Shown: one piece after another, positions 8,708-18,582 of the stretch
Position numbering within the stretch: position 1 is the stretch's first letter
How the letters are laid out: each line of letters opens with the position of its first letter
NCBI GenBank assembly: GCA_046292385.1
Contig: JBKBRF010000008.1
Location: 1 to 64,000, forward strand
Reading direction: 5' to 3'
Length of the DNA: 64,000 nt
DNA from: Armatimonadota bacterium
GTDB lineage: Bacteria > Armatimonadota > SYMT01
Notes under the pieces: model-generated
What the model was told of the DNA's origin: nothing
Databases searched by the model: none
Seen by the model: the letters and a program-made list of their open reading frames with translations, nothing else
Position numbers and translations under genes: made by a program

Positions 8708-9395
8708 GCCCGCTCCGCCAGCCGGCAGCCGGCCGGTGAGGGCGCAGGCCCTCCCTTCAACCTGGCCAGAGCGGCGCTCGGGACCCACACGGATGCTGGT
8801 TCGACGCTCGACTATCATGCTGGGGATTGGCAACGTCTCGCGGCGGCGCCGGCCGGGGCACACGCGTGTCCGCAGCGACTGGAGAGCAGGGCACACGATG
8901 GAACCGGTCAGCGCGAGAATCTTACCCGGATCGGCCGAGGGAGACGCTACTCTCGACCCACGAGAGCACCGGGCCGTTCCAGCGAACGCTCGGCGTATCC
9001 GCCGTGAGGGAGGATGCGGGGGATATACTTTCGGCATTATCGGTCAGTCTTCCCCTCGGTTGCACGGCGAATTAGCTTGCAGCCACCAGGAGGGCAGTGG
9101 AGTGGAATGAGCCGGGAGGTGACCGATTACCTGTCTCCGCAGTGTTGGACAGGAAGTACTGCCGCATTCGCACGGAGTCAGCGGTGCCTGGCTACCCGAT
9201 AGCGACGAGCCGAATCGACGCCGGATGCTGGTGTCGGCGGCCGAGAGGGTCTCCCCAGCGGAGGTGGAGAGCGTCTTGCCGGAGCTGGAGATCGTGCGCC
9301 ACGTGCCGGTGACGGGCGAACGCAATCCGGCCGCTCCAAGTAGCTGCGGCGGGCCCGCCTCTGCGTGAGAGGCGGGCCGTGCGAGGCACCGTGGG

Positions 9396-10280
9396 TCAGG
9401 CGGCGGCGAGCCCGGCCTGCGGGAGCCCGGAGGCCTCCAACTCCGCGATGCTCTCCAGCACGCAACTCGGCTGGAACGGGTGCTGCGCCAGTGCCTCACG
9501 GGTGGTGCTGCCGGTCAGCACCAGCACCGCCTCGAACCCGAGCTCTAGCGCGCCGCGGATGTCGGTCTCCATCGTGTCACCGACCATCACCGTCTCCGCC
9601 GTGCGAAGACCCAACCGCTTACGCGCCGCCCGCATCATGAACGGGCTCGGCTTCCCAACGCTGTAGGCGCGCCGGTTGGTGGCCGCTTCCAGCATCGCCA
9701 CGATGGCGCCGCACCCTGGGCGGGAGCCGGCTGCGGTAGGACAGGAGACGTCGAGGTTCGTCGCGATGAGGCGGGCGCCGTTCAGGATCATCATCATGGC
9801 CTTCTCCGCCATCTCAAAGTTCAGCGTGCGCCCCTCCCCCACAATTACGTAGTCCGGCTGATGCGTGGTAATCCCGTATCCGGCCTGGTGGAGCGCGGTC
9901 ACGAGCCCTCCTTCTCCGATGACGAACGCCGTTCCACGCGGCTTCTGCTGCTTCAGGAAGTCGACGGTCGCCATGGCGCAGGTGTAGAAGTGCTCCTCCT
10001 CCACTTCGATTCGCAGCTTGCGCAGCTTCACCACGTAATCCCGCGGCGCGCTGGCGCTGTTGTTGGTGAGAAACAGGAACGGAATCCTCCGCTCCCGCAG
10101 CGAGTGGATGAACTCGGCCGCCCCGGGGATCGGCTCGTCGCCCCGGTAGATCACCCCGTCCATGTCGAGGAGGAAGCCTCGTCGTTCCGACGAGTCGGCG
10201 CCGCGGCCAATCGGCGGCGCGACCGCCGGACTGAGCTCGAGCTCCCGGTGCGTATCACTGGCATTGAGTACTGCGGTCAT
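9396..10280 (-). CDS. HAD-IIA family hydrolase (NagD-like)
   Basis: DMDGVIY, LTNNS, GKPSP, MVGDTMETDI motifs. Confidence 0.92.
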   Translation of the reverse strand: MTAVLNASDTHRELELSPAVAPPIGRGADSSERRGFLLDMDGVIYRGDEPIPGAAEFIHSLRERRIPFLFLTNNSASAPRDYVVKLRKLRIEVEEEHFYTCAMATVDFLKQQKPRGTAFVIGEGGLVTALHQAGYGITTHQPDYVIVGEGRTLNFEMAEKAMMMILNGARLIATNLDVSCPTAAGSRPGCGAIVAMLEAATNRRAYSVGKPSPFMMRAARKRLGLRTAETVMVGDTMETDIRGALELGFEAVLVLTGSTTREALAQHPFQPSCVLESIAELEASGLPQAGLAAA

Positions 10281-10581
10281 TGGCGTTGCTTCGTCAGCGG
10301 TGATTCGACCTCGTCTGCTAGCCGTGAGCTCCACAAGCGAGGCCTGGACTCGTGCTACCGTTTCGCCTGCGTCCGGTCGACCGGCGGCGCGGCCCGCTGC
10401 CATTACCGTAGCAGCAGGCGGTTACACACCTGTTTCGCGGGGGTGAAGCTCTGGTTAATCCCACTCCACCGCAGCATAGTTACACGGGTGCGACATTGAC
10501 TGGCGGCACTGGGCCCGGGGAGGAGCTTCCCCGCCGGGCCGGCAAACGAGCTACCCGGAGCTGGGCGCGGCGGGGAGGGCC

Positions 10582-11337
10582 ATGGACGCGGGTGCGGTGG
10601 TGGTACGGACGGAGGGGTTGGGGCTGACCTATGACGGCGGGGTGCGGGCGCTGGACGACGTGAGTCTCTCCGTGGCGCGCGGCGAGATCGTCTCGCTGGT
10701 GGGTCCCTCCGGCTGCGGGAAGTCGACCCTGCTCCGCCTCGCCGGCGGGCTGCTGCAGCCGACCGAGGGACGCCTGGAGGTGCGCGGCGAGGCGGGCGCC
10801 GCCCGCACCGGATTCGTCTTCCAGGATGCCACCCTGCTGCCGTGGCGGACCGTGGCGGATAACGTCCGCCTCCCGCTGGAGCTGCTCCGGGTGCCGCGGC
10901 GGGAGCACGACGGCCGGATCCGGGAGAGCCTGGCGCTCGTTGGCCTCTCCGACTTCGCCCTCGCCCGGCCGGCGCAGCTCTCCGGCGGCATGCGGATGCG
11001 TGTCTCCCTGGTGCGGGCGCTCATCACGCACCCGGAGCTGCTCCTCCTCGACGAGCCGTTCGGGGCCCTCGACGATATTACGCGGACCCGCCTCAACGAG
11101 GAGCTGCTGGGGCTGTGGGACCGGCAGCGCTGGACCGGCATCTTCGTGACGCACAACGTCTACGAGGCGGTCTTCCTGAGCCACCGCGTGCTGGTGATGA
11201 CTCCTCGTCCGGGCCGCATCGTGGCGGAGATCCCGGTGGAGCTGCCATTCCCGCGGACCCCCGAGCTGCGCGGCACCGCGGAGTTCGCCCGGACCGCGGA
11301 AGAGGTGGCGCGGCGGCTGCGGGGGGCGGCGGCGTGA
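10582..11337 (+). CDS. ABC transporter ATP-binding protein (NitT/TauT family)
   Basis: Walker A GPSGCGKST, LSGGM signature, LLLLDEPFGALD, FVTH. Confidence 0.92.
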   Translation: MDAGAVVVRTEGLGLTYDGGVRALDDVSLSVARGEIVSLVGPSGCGKSTLLRLAGGLLQPTEGRLEVRGEAGAARTGFVFQDATLLPWRTVADNVRLPLELLRVPRREHDGRIRESLALVGLSDFALARPAQLSGGMRMRVSLVRALITHPELLLLDEPFGALDDITRTRLNEELLGLWDRQRWTGIFVTHNVYEAVFLSHRVLVMTPRPGRIVAEIPVELPFPRTPELRGTAEFARTAEEVARRLRGAAA

Positions 11338-12116
11338 AGCGCTTCCTGTTCCGCATTCTGGGCCTCGCGCTCCCGCCGCTGGCGCTCTTCGTGCTGCTGA
11401 TCGGCGTCTGGTGGCTCCTCACTACGCAGCTCCGGATCCCGACCTACCTGGTCCCCTCCCCCAACCGCGTCGCGGAGGCCGCCTGGGCGAACCGGTCGGC
11501 GCTGGTCCGCGCGACGCTGCTAACCGGCTCCGCGGCCCTCGCCGGCTTCGGCTGCACGCTGCTCCTCGGATTCCTGACCGCGCTCGCGTTCTCGCAGTCG
11601 CGCCTCATTCGGCAGAGCTGCTACCCCTACGCCATCTTCCTGCAAACAGTGCCGATCGTCGCCATCGCGCCGCTGATCGTCACCTGGTTCGGGACCGGCT
11701 TCCGGAGCGTGGTGATCGTCTCCACCATCATCGGTCTCTTTCCGATCATCACCAGCGGCACCACAGGCCTGCTGGCGGTCGATCCGAAGCTGCTGGAGCT
11801 GTTCCGGCTCTACCGCGCGGGCCGCTGGCAGGTGCTCTGGAAGCTGCGGCTGCCGCACGCGGTCCCCTACCTGGTGACCGGAGCGCGGACCTCCAGCGGT
11901 CTCTCCGTGATCGGCGCCATCGTCGGCGAGTTCTTCGTCGGCTTCTCCGGCGCGCAGGGGCTCGGCTACCTCTTCCTGCTCACCTCCGGCCAGCTCAAGA
12001 CCGACTACCTCTTCGCCGCCGTGATGGCGTCCACCGTGCTGGGCCTGACCGTCTTCGGGCTGGTGAACGCCGCCGCGGCACTGATCCTGCGACGGTGGGG
12101 CGGGGTTGAAGGATGA
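11334..12116 (+). CDS. ABC transporter permease (NitT/TauT family)
   Basis: GTGA overlap with the ATPase stop; multiple TMs, QTVPIVAIAPL, IGAIVGEF. Confidence 0.9.
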   Translation: MKRFLFRILGLALPPLALFVLLIGVWWLLTTQLRIPTYLVPSPNRVAEAAWANRSALVRATLLTGSAALAGFGCTLLLGFLTALAFSQSRLIRQSCYPYAIFLQTVPIVAIAPLIVTWFGTGFRSVVIVSTIIGLFPIITSGTTGLLAVDPKLLELFRLYRAGRWQVLWKLRLPHAVPYLVTGARTSSGLSVIGAIVGEFFVGFSGAQGLGYLFLLTSGQLKTDYLFAAVMASTVLGLTVFGLVNAAAALILRRWGGVEG

Positions 12117-12240
12117 GGGATGAGCGCTGAGGGATGAATCCGAACCCTCCGTGGACGGGAGGTCGGCTCTTCGGGCGGGGCCCAGAGCCTGCCTCTTCCC
12201 TGAAGCGGAAGCAGGTCCTAGCTGGCCCTTCACCCGTAGC

Positions 12241-12277
12241 TCCCCTCTCCTCTCAGGAGAGGGGCCGGGGGTGAGGC
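12241..12277. repeat. REP-like hairpin (TCCCCTCTCC...GGAGAGGGG-CCGGGGGTGAGG type)
   Basis: Hairpin CCCCTCTCCT-CTC-AGGAGAGGGG plus GGGGGTGAGG tail between convergent genes. Confidence 0.55.
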
Positions 12278-12328
12278 CGCGAAAGAAGTAGCCGCATCCG
12301 TCTACCCGCGGGACGCGGATGGCCGCCA

Positions 12329-13105
12329 TTACAGCCGTCGGACGCGGCGGCGGTAGTCGTCGTAGGCGAGGTCGAACACCTCTTTCGAGGCCTCCGCGCC
12401 GATGAAGTGCGAGTGCGTGAGCACGTAGGGCGGCTGCCCGCCCTCGGTGAGGATGCGGGCGACCTCGCACTTGACCGCGTTGATCACCAGGGTGTTCCCG
12501 ATGGTGGAGCCGGGGCCGACCGGGTACTTCAGCCCCTCGATGTGCACCAGCGAGTCGCCGGGGACCGCGCAGTTGTCGAGCACCAGGTCGGCGATGTCGG
12601 TCAGCTTCTGGCCGCTGCTGTGTCGCGGCTCGGAAACGCGGCAGTGCTCCACGCCGATCAGGGCGATCACCGGCATGCCGAGCCGCTTCGCCTCCAGCGC
12701 CACGTCGACCCCCATCGCGCCGGCGCCGCTGGTCGAGACGACCCACATCAGGTCGTGCGGCCCGAACTCGAAGTTGCGCAGCACCACCCGGCCAAGCCCC
12801 TCCACCTGCTCGATGAACATCGCCTGCCGCTGACCGTTCGCCCCTACGACCTGGTTGTGGAACGTCACGGAGAGCTCCACGATCGGGTGGAAGCCGGGGA
12901 AGCTGCCGTAGCGCGGGAACATCTCCTCCAGCGCCATCCGGGAGTGGCCCGCGCCGAACATGTGCACCAGCCCGCCCTGGAGAATGCTCTCCCCGCACAT
13001 GCGGGCGCACTGCAGGATCGCGTCGGTCTGGGTCGCTTCGACCCGGTCCATGAGCTCCCGGGCGGCGCGGAGGTACTGGAAGGCGGGGGTGGTCTGATCG
13101 GGCAC
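12329..13105 (-). CDS. SIS domain sugar isomerase-like protein (UPF0309-like)
   Basis: FGAGHS, STSG, HSSGQKLTDIADLVLDN, GPGST motifs. Confidence 0.85.
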   Translation of the reverse strand: MPDQTTPAFQYLRAARELMDRVEATQTDAILQCARMCGESILQGGLVHMFGAGHSRMALEEMFPRYGSFPGFHPIVELSVTFHNQVVGANGQRQAMFIEQVEGLGRVVLRNFEFGPHDLMWVVSTSGAGAMGVDVALEAKRLGMPVIALIGVEHCRVSEPRHSSGQKLTDIADLVLDNCAVPGDSLVHIEGLKYPVGPGSTIGNTLVINAVKCEVARILTEGGQPPYVLTHSHFIGAEASKEVFDLAYDDYRRRVRRL

Positions 13106-13247
13106 GGCAGGTTCCTGGGTCAAATCTACGCTCCGGACAAGCATATCCGCCGTCCCCCGCTCACGTCCCGCTGTCGGCAGTCCGCGCACCTGCGGTAAGC
13201 TTGGACCGGTGCGCACTCGGCCGCACGCCGTATTCGAGAGGCTCAGT

Positions 13248-13592
13248 ATGGAAACGACCGCATCAGGACTGCAGTACGAGGATCTACAGGTGGGCGAGGG
13301 CGCGGAGGCGAAGTTCGGCCACCAGGTTTCCGTGCACTACACCGGCTGGCTGGAAGACGGCACCCAGTTCGATACCTCCCGCAAGGGCCTCTTCGGCCGG
13401 CCGTTCAGCTTCAACCTCGGCGGCCGGCAGGTGATCGCGGGGTGGGACGAAGGCGTCCAGGGCATGAAGATCGGCGGCAAGCGTAAGCTGGTCATCCCGC
13501 CCAACCTCGGCTACGGCGCCCGCGGCGCCGGCGGCGTGATCCCCCCCAACGCCACCCTGGTCTTCGAGGTAGAGCTCCTCGACGTGAAGTAG
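13248..13592 (+). CDS. FKBP-type peptidyl-prolyl cis-trans isomerase
   Basis: VHYTGWLEDGTQFD, VIAGWDEG, IPPNLGYG, IPPNATLVFEVEL. Confidence 0.96.
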   Translation: METTASGLQYEDLQVGEGAEAKFGHQVSVHYTGWLEDGTQFDTSRKGLFGRPFSFNLGGRQVIAGWDEGVQGMKIGGKRKLVIPPNLGYGARGAGGVIPPNATLVFEVELLDVK

Positions 13593-13603
13593 CCGCGTCC
13601 TAA

Positions 13604-13923
13604 AGGTGTAAGAAAGGAGATAGGGGGATAGAGGGGGATAAGGGGATGAATTCTCCCTAAGGCGCCTGACGCAGCGCTTCTGCGGCCCCGGCACCGCTGC
13701 CGGATCTCAGTCGGGTTTCGGGGTTAAGGCGTAGGAAGGGCGTAGCTGCAGCTTTCGGCCCGGCAGGTCTGAGCCCGCGCAGGCGGGCTTTGCTCTCTGT
13801 AGCCTCGACTTCAGTCCGAGGCGCGAATCCGGCAGAACTTCTCGCCCACTCCTTAGCGTTGTCGATCTCCGCGCTGTAGATCTGGCTCTTTCCAGACATC
13901 CCCCTATCTCCTTTCTTACACCT
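13604..13923. mobile_element. 320-bp MITE-like element with 26-bp perfect terminal inverted repeats
   Basis: AGGTGTAAGAAAGGAGATAGGGGGAT (13604-13629) and its exact reverse complement (13898-13923); non-coding interior. Confidence 0.6.
13768..13823. repeat. GTAG-type REP doublet (family D)
   Basis: AGCCCGCGCAGGCGGGCT hairpin plus GTAGCCTCGACTTCAGTCCGAGGC; inverted copy at 43411-43466. Confidence 0.65.
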
Positions 13924-13992
13924 GCCCCGTCCCAGCCTGTTTTGCCGCCTGAGCGCGCGGGCACAATGACCGTGACGAAGGGGGGAAACTCG

Positions 13993-14592
13993 ATGGGCAA
14001 ATCAAGGGAAATGAATCCGATGATCTCGCACCCGGTCAACAAGCCGGGCATCCGGGATCCGCGGACTGTGCTGGCGCGGGATCAGATCCCCAACTACGAG
14101 TCGGAGCGCCCGGATCCGGAGATCCCCGATCTCGCGCGCCCGGATAACACGCTTTGCACGGAGTGCGGTGCCGTCTACCAGAACCAGCACTGGGTGCTGG
14201 ACGAGAAGAAGCGGCAGCTCCTGATCGCCTCGGGCGCGGCGAACGAGGTGATCTGCCCTGGCTGTAAGATCGTCGCGGAGCGAAACCCACAGGGTATCGT
14301 CTACCTGAGCGGCGACTACTGGCCCGCGCACCGGGAAGAGATCCTGAACCTGATCCGCAACGAAGAAGCGCGGGGGATGAGCACCAACCCGCTGGAGCGG
14401 ATCATCGACATACGCGATGAGGACAACACCCTCATCATCGAGACGACGAACGAGAAGCTGGCCCAGAAGATCGGTCGGAGCATCAACAAGGCGCACAGCG
14501 GCGACCTGGAGTACAAGTGGTCCGGCGGCAATCACCTGGTCCGCATCTACTGGGAGCGGAGCCTGGAGACCGGCAACGGTAAGAAGGGCTAG
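13993..14592 (+). CDS. BCAM0308 family protein (NMD3-like zinc-binding)
   Basis: CTECGAVY...W, CPGC...P-x-GIV, NPLERII, ETTNEKLAQKIGR pattern. Confidence 0.75.
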   Translation: MGKSREMNPMISHPVNKPGIRDPRTVLARDQIPNYESERPDPEIPDLARPDNTLCTECGAVYQNQHWVLDEKKRQLLIASGAANEVICPGCKIVAERNPQGIVYLSGDYWPAHREEILNLIRNEEARGMSTNPLERIIDIRDEDNTLIIETTNEKLAQKIGRSINKAHSGDLEYKWSGGNHLVRIYWERSLETGNGKKG

Positions 14593-14616
14593 CGCTGCCT
14601 CGGGAACGTCAGGCGC

Positions 14617-14653
14617 GGCGGGGGCTGGAATCGGGTGGTTCCAGCCCCCCGCC
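14617..14653. terminator. GC-rich hairpin between convergent genes
   Basis: GGCGGGGGCTGGAA...TTCCAGCCCCCCGCC; no U-tract. Confidence 0.45.
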
Positions 14654-14659
14654 TGCGTC

Positions 14660-17089
14660 TTACCGGGGCCGGGTGGATGCCTGGACGGTCAGCTTTGCGT
14701 TCTGGAGCGACGCGGAGCTGGGACCCGCCGAGACGGTAAAGGTGCCCGGCTCCACCACTCGCTTCATCTGCAGGTTCCAGAAGGCGAGATCGTCCGGCGT
14801 GAGCTGGAACGTCACCGTCTTCCGCTCGCCCGGCTGCAGCGTGACCCGCTGGAACCGCTTCAGCTCCAGCACCGGCCGCGTGACCGACGCCTCGTCGTCG
14901 CGCACGTAGAGCTGCACCACCTCGTCGCCCGCGCGGGTGCCGGTGTTCGCCACGTCGACGCTCACCTGCGCCGGCTCGCCCATCCGGACCGTAGGCCGGG
15001 CCAGCCGCGGTGCGGAGATACTGAAGGTGGTATAGCTGAGGCCGTAGCCGAACGGATAGAGCGGCCTGGTGCTCTCGAACAGGTAGCCGCGGCGCGCGGT
15101 CGGCTTGTGGTTGTAGTAGATCGGGAGCTGCCCCACGGAGCGTGCGATCGAGACGGGAAGCTTGCCGCCGGGGCTCGCCTGCCCGAAGAGCACGTCCGCC
15201 ACCGCGTTCCCGGTCTCCTGGCCCAGGTACCAGCCCTCCAGCAGAGCGGGCGCCTTCTCCGCCAGGTAGTTGACGGAGAGCGGCCGGCCGTTCAGCAAGA
15301 CGACAACGGTCGGCTTTCCCAGCGCGAAGATCTCGCGGGCGAGGTCGTTCTGCTGCCCGATCAGGTCTAGCGACGCCCGGTCGCCCAGGTGCGTATCCGC
15401 CCAGGCTTCCCGGCTGGTCTGCTCGTTGTCGCCGAGAACCATCACCACCACGTCGGCCTTTCGGGCGGTCTCCACCGCCTCCCGGATGAGCCGCGCGTTG
15501 ATCGCCGGGTCGACCAGCTTCACGGGGTCCGCCGTCCAGGAGCGGCTCTCCGTGATCCGCACGCCCTCGGAGTAGTCGACCTCGAACCGGCCGCCGGCCG
15601 CCTTCTGGATGCCTTCCAGCACGCTGACCACGTGCCGGGGCACGTCGCTGTACCCGCCAATCGGCGTGTCACGGGCGTGAGTGCCGAGCACGGCCAGCCG
15701 CCGGATGCGCGCGGCGTCGAGCGGAAGCAGGCCGCCCTCGTTCTTCAGGAGCACGATCGACCGTCGTGCCGCCTCTCGCGCCAGCGCCACCGCGTCCGGG
15801 GTGGCGGTTCTCGCTTCGGCGGCGCCGGCGTCGACATACGGGTTCTCGAAGAGCCCGGCCTGGAACTTCAGCTCCAGGATGCGCCGCACCGCGGTGTCGA
15901 GCAGCTTCACCGACACGCGGCCGGACTTCACCAGCTCCGGCAGCAGCAGATAGCCTTCCGCGTCCGGCATCTCCGCATCGACCCCCGCCTCCAGCGCCCG
16001 CGCGGCGGCGGTGCGGAGCTCGGTCGACATCCGGTGCCGCGTGTTCAGCTCGCGGATGCCGTAGTAGTCGCTCAGCACCGCCCCCTGGAAGCCCCACGCC
16101 CCGCGCAGCACGTCGTTCAACAGCCAGCGGTTCGCGTGCGACGGAACGCCGTCGATTTCGTTGTAGGAGGCCATCACCGCGCGGACCGGAAGCTCCTTCA
16201 CGGCCCGTTCGAACGGCGGGAAGAAGTTGGTCCGCAGGTTCCGCTCCGAGATGTCCGCCGGGCCCACGTTCGTGCCGTTCTCCGGCTGGCCGTGGCCCGT
16301 CATGTGCTTCAGCGTCACGAGCACCTTGTCCGGCGCCAGGGGAAGCTTTCGCCCCTGGAAGCCGCGGATCGCCGCCAGCCCCATTTCGCTGACGAGGTGC
16401 GGGTCCTCGCCGTACGTCTCCTCGATGCGGCCCCACCGGGGATCTCGCGCTACGTCGACGACCGGCGCGAGGGCCAGCTGCGCTCCGCGGGCGCGCATCT
16501 CCCGGGCCGCCACGGCGAAGACCCGCTCCACCAGCTCCGGGTCCCAGCTGCTGGCCAGGGCGATCGACTGCGGAAAGCTGGTCGCGCCTCGCGCCACGTA
16601 GCCGTGCAGCGCTTCCTCGTGCAGCAGCAGCGGAATCCCCAGGCGGGTCTTCTCCACCGCCCAGCGCTGGGCCGCGTTGACGTAGGCAGCGGTTTCCTGC
16701 GCGCTGCGGTTGACCGCTCCGTCGGCCGCGCCGGCCACCTCGCCGCCCCGCCGTCTCGGCGCGCTCACGCCGCGTGTGTCCGAGGGGCGGGCGATCTGTC
16801 CCAGCCCGTGCGGAAACGCCTGCGACGCCTTCTCGGGAGAGAAGGTCCCGTCCGGAGTCTGGATCCGGTCCTTCTGCCCCCAGACACAGACCAGCTGCGC
16901 CGCCTTCTCCTCCAGCGTCATCCGCGAGAGGAGGTCGTTCACCCGGCGCTCCAGCGGCTGCTTTGCGTCCTTATAGAGCGGAGCGGAGCCGCGTGCTCCT
17001 GCCGCCAGCGCTGCGGCGGTGATCGACAGCGTGACGGCGAGAAGGCCCAGGGTGCGAAGGACGGAGCGGGGGTGAAAGTGCGCGCGCAT
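14660..17089 (-). CDS. exported glycoside hydrolase family 3 (beta-glucosidase/xylosidase, BglX-like)
   Basis: Signal peptide; EEALHG, RDPRWGRIEETYGEDP, TLKH, VMASYN, LSDY nucleophile; C-terminal Fn3-like GDEVVQLY. Confidence 0.93.
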   Translation of the reverse strand: MRAHFHPRSVLRTLGLLAVTLSITAAALAAGARGSAPLYKDAKQPLERRVNDLLSRMTLEEKAAQLVCVWGQKDRIQTPDGTFSPEKASQAFPHGLGQIARPSDTRGVSAPRRRGGEVAGAADGAVNRSAQETAAYVNAAQRWAVEKTRLGIPLLLHEEALHGYVARGATSFPQSIALASSWDPELVERVFAVAAREMRARGAQLALAPVVDVARDPRWGRIEETYGEDPHLVSEMGLAAIRGFQGRKLPLAPDKVLVTLKHMTGHGQPENGTNVGPADISERNLRTNFFPPFERAVKELPVRAVMASYNEIDGVPSHANRWLLNDVLRGAWGFQGAVLSDYYGIRELNTRHRMSTELRTAAARALEAGVDAEMPDAEGYLLLPELVKSGRVSVKLLDTAVRRILELKFQAGLFENPYVDAGAAEARTATPDAVALAREAARRSIVLLKNEGGLLPLDAARIRRLAVLGTHARDTPIGGYSDVPRHVVSVLEGIQKAAGGRFEVDYSEGVRITESRSWTADPVKLVDPAINARLIREAVETARKADVVVMVLGDNEQTSREAWADTHLGDRASLDLIGQQNDLAREIFALGKPTVVVLLNGRPLSVNYLAEKAPALLEGWYLGQETGNAVADVLFGQASPGGKLPVSIARSVGQLPIYYNHKPTARRGYLFESTRPLYPFGYGLSYTTFSISAPRLARPTVRMGEPAQVSVDVANTGTRAGDEVVQLYVRDDEASVTRPVLELKRFQRVTLQPGERKTVTFQLTPDDLAFWNLQMKRVVEPGTFTVSAGPSSASLQNAKLTVQASTRPR

Positions 17090-17269
17090 GGTTTCTTTCC
17101 TGAAGGGGTTGCCGGAGACACGGTTCCGCAGCATTCCGTGAGAAAACCTCTGTGGAGCCACGGTGCGGCTATATGGTTGGTTAAAGAAGAGGCTCTTCGC
17201 GTCGCAGGAACCTGTGCTAGACAGAGCCAACCACAGCACATCGGAAACTCACTGTTGCCGGAAACCCCT

Positions 17270-18208
17270 ATGAGCACTATCGACCGCCGCCACCTCCTCA
17301 CCGCCGCCGCCGCGGGTGCCCTCGCGCCAGCGCTCCCGGTCCGAGCGCAGGACAAGGAGCCACGTCGGGTCACGAACCCGATCGCCGTTTCCACCTACTC
17401 GTTCTGGCAGTTCCGGCATGCCGATCTCCGGGACGTCGAGAAATGCCTCGACCTGGCGGCGGAGATGGGGTTCGACGGCGTCGAGATCCTGCACCGGCAG
17501 ATGGAGAACGAGGAGAACGGCTATCTCCAGCGCCTCAAGCGGCGGGCCTTCGTGAACGGTCTGGCGCTCTGCGGATTCTCCACGCACCAGGGCTTCCTCT
17601 CCACCGATCCGGCGGTGCGGCAGAAGAACGTCGACCACACGATTCACTGCATCGAGCTCGCCTATCGGCTCGGCATCCCGACGATGCGCGTCAACACCGG
17701 CACCTGGGGCACCAGCAACAACTTCGACGAGCTGATGAAGAACCGGGGCATCGAGCCGCCGCCCGCCGGCGTGACCGAGGAGCTCGGCTTCTCCTGGGTG
17801 ATCGAGGGGCTGGAGAAGTGCCTGCCTGCCGCGGAGCGCTGCGGCGTGCTGCTGGGGCTCGAGAACCACTGGGGGCTGGGCCGGACCCCCGAGGGCGTGC
17901 TGCGGGTGGTGGAGGCGATCGATTCTCCCTGGCTGCAGGTGACGATGGACACCGGCAACTTCCTGGAAGACCCGTACGACCGCCTGGAGAAGATGGCGCC
18001 GCGCGCCATCCTGGTGCAGGCGAAAACCTACTACGGCGGCGGCCTGTGGTACACCCTCGACCTCGACTACGACCGCATCGCCGCCATCCTGCGGAAGCAG
18101 AGCTACCGCGGCTACGTCTCCCTGGAGTTCGAAGGCAAAGACGACCCCCGCCAGGCAATCCCCCGCAGCCTCAAGCTACTCCGAGACGCCTTCTCCCGCC
18201 CAGCGTAG
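17270..18208 (+). CDS. sugar phosphate isomerase/epimerase (xylose isomerase-like TIM barrel), Tat-exported
   Basis: DRRHLL twin-arginine signal; GFDGVE, LENHWG, DTGNF, SLEFEG. Confidence 0.85.
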   Translation: MSTIDRRHLLTAAAAGALAPALPVRAQDKEPRRVTNPIAVSTYSFWQFRHADLRDVEKCLDLAAEMGFDGVEILHRQMENEENGYLQRLKRRAFVNGLALCGFSTHQGFLSTDPAVRQKNVDHTIHCIELAYRLGIPTMRVNTGTWGTSNNFDELMKNRGIEPPPAGVTEELGFSWVIEGLEKCLPAAERCGVLLGLENHWGLGRTPEGVLRVVEAIDSPWLQVTMDTGNFLEDPYDRLEKMAPRAILVQAKTYYGGGLWYTLDLDYDRIAAILRKQSYRGYVSLEFEGKDDPRQAIPRSLKLLRDAFSRPA

Positions 18209-18254
18209 CGGGTCGTGGCTGGTTCTGGCCCGGGCGGTTAGCAGTGACCTCTGG

Positions 18255-18495
18255 GAGCCCGGAGGGTGTGCCGAAGGCAGAGCCGGAGGGGTCCCCCTGT
18301 GGCCACCCCTGGCGAGGGGTGGCTGCTTGAGCCGGACGGAGCGGCCCTCCCGCGATGATTGGCCCTCCCCCAGCCCTCCCACGCGCCTGCGGCGCTAACG
18401 GGCTGGTCCGGGCGTCTTCTCCGTCGACCTGTGCTCCACGTCCGTGTGCTGCGGCGGATCCGGAACTGCGATTCACGGGCCGCTCCGTCCGGTGA
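18255..18495. repeat. degenerate fragment of element B
   Basis: Contains GCCACCCCTGGCGAGGGGTGGC hairpin, GGAGCGGCCCTCCCGCG and TTCACGGGCCGCTCC modules; boundaries approximate. Confidence 0.55.
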
Positions 18496-18582
18496 GGGCA
18501 CGGGGTGGAGCTCCGGTGAGATGTCGTTCCCGCCAGGAGAAGCTATCTCCGTGGCAGGCGGTTCGGTTGCGGCCTAGCCGAG

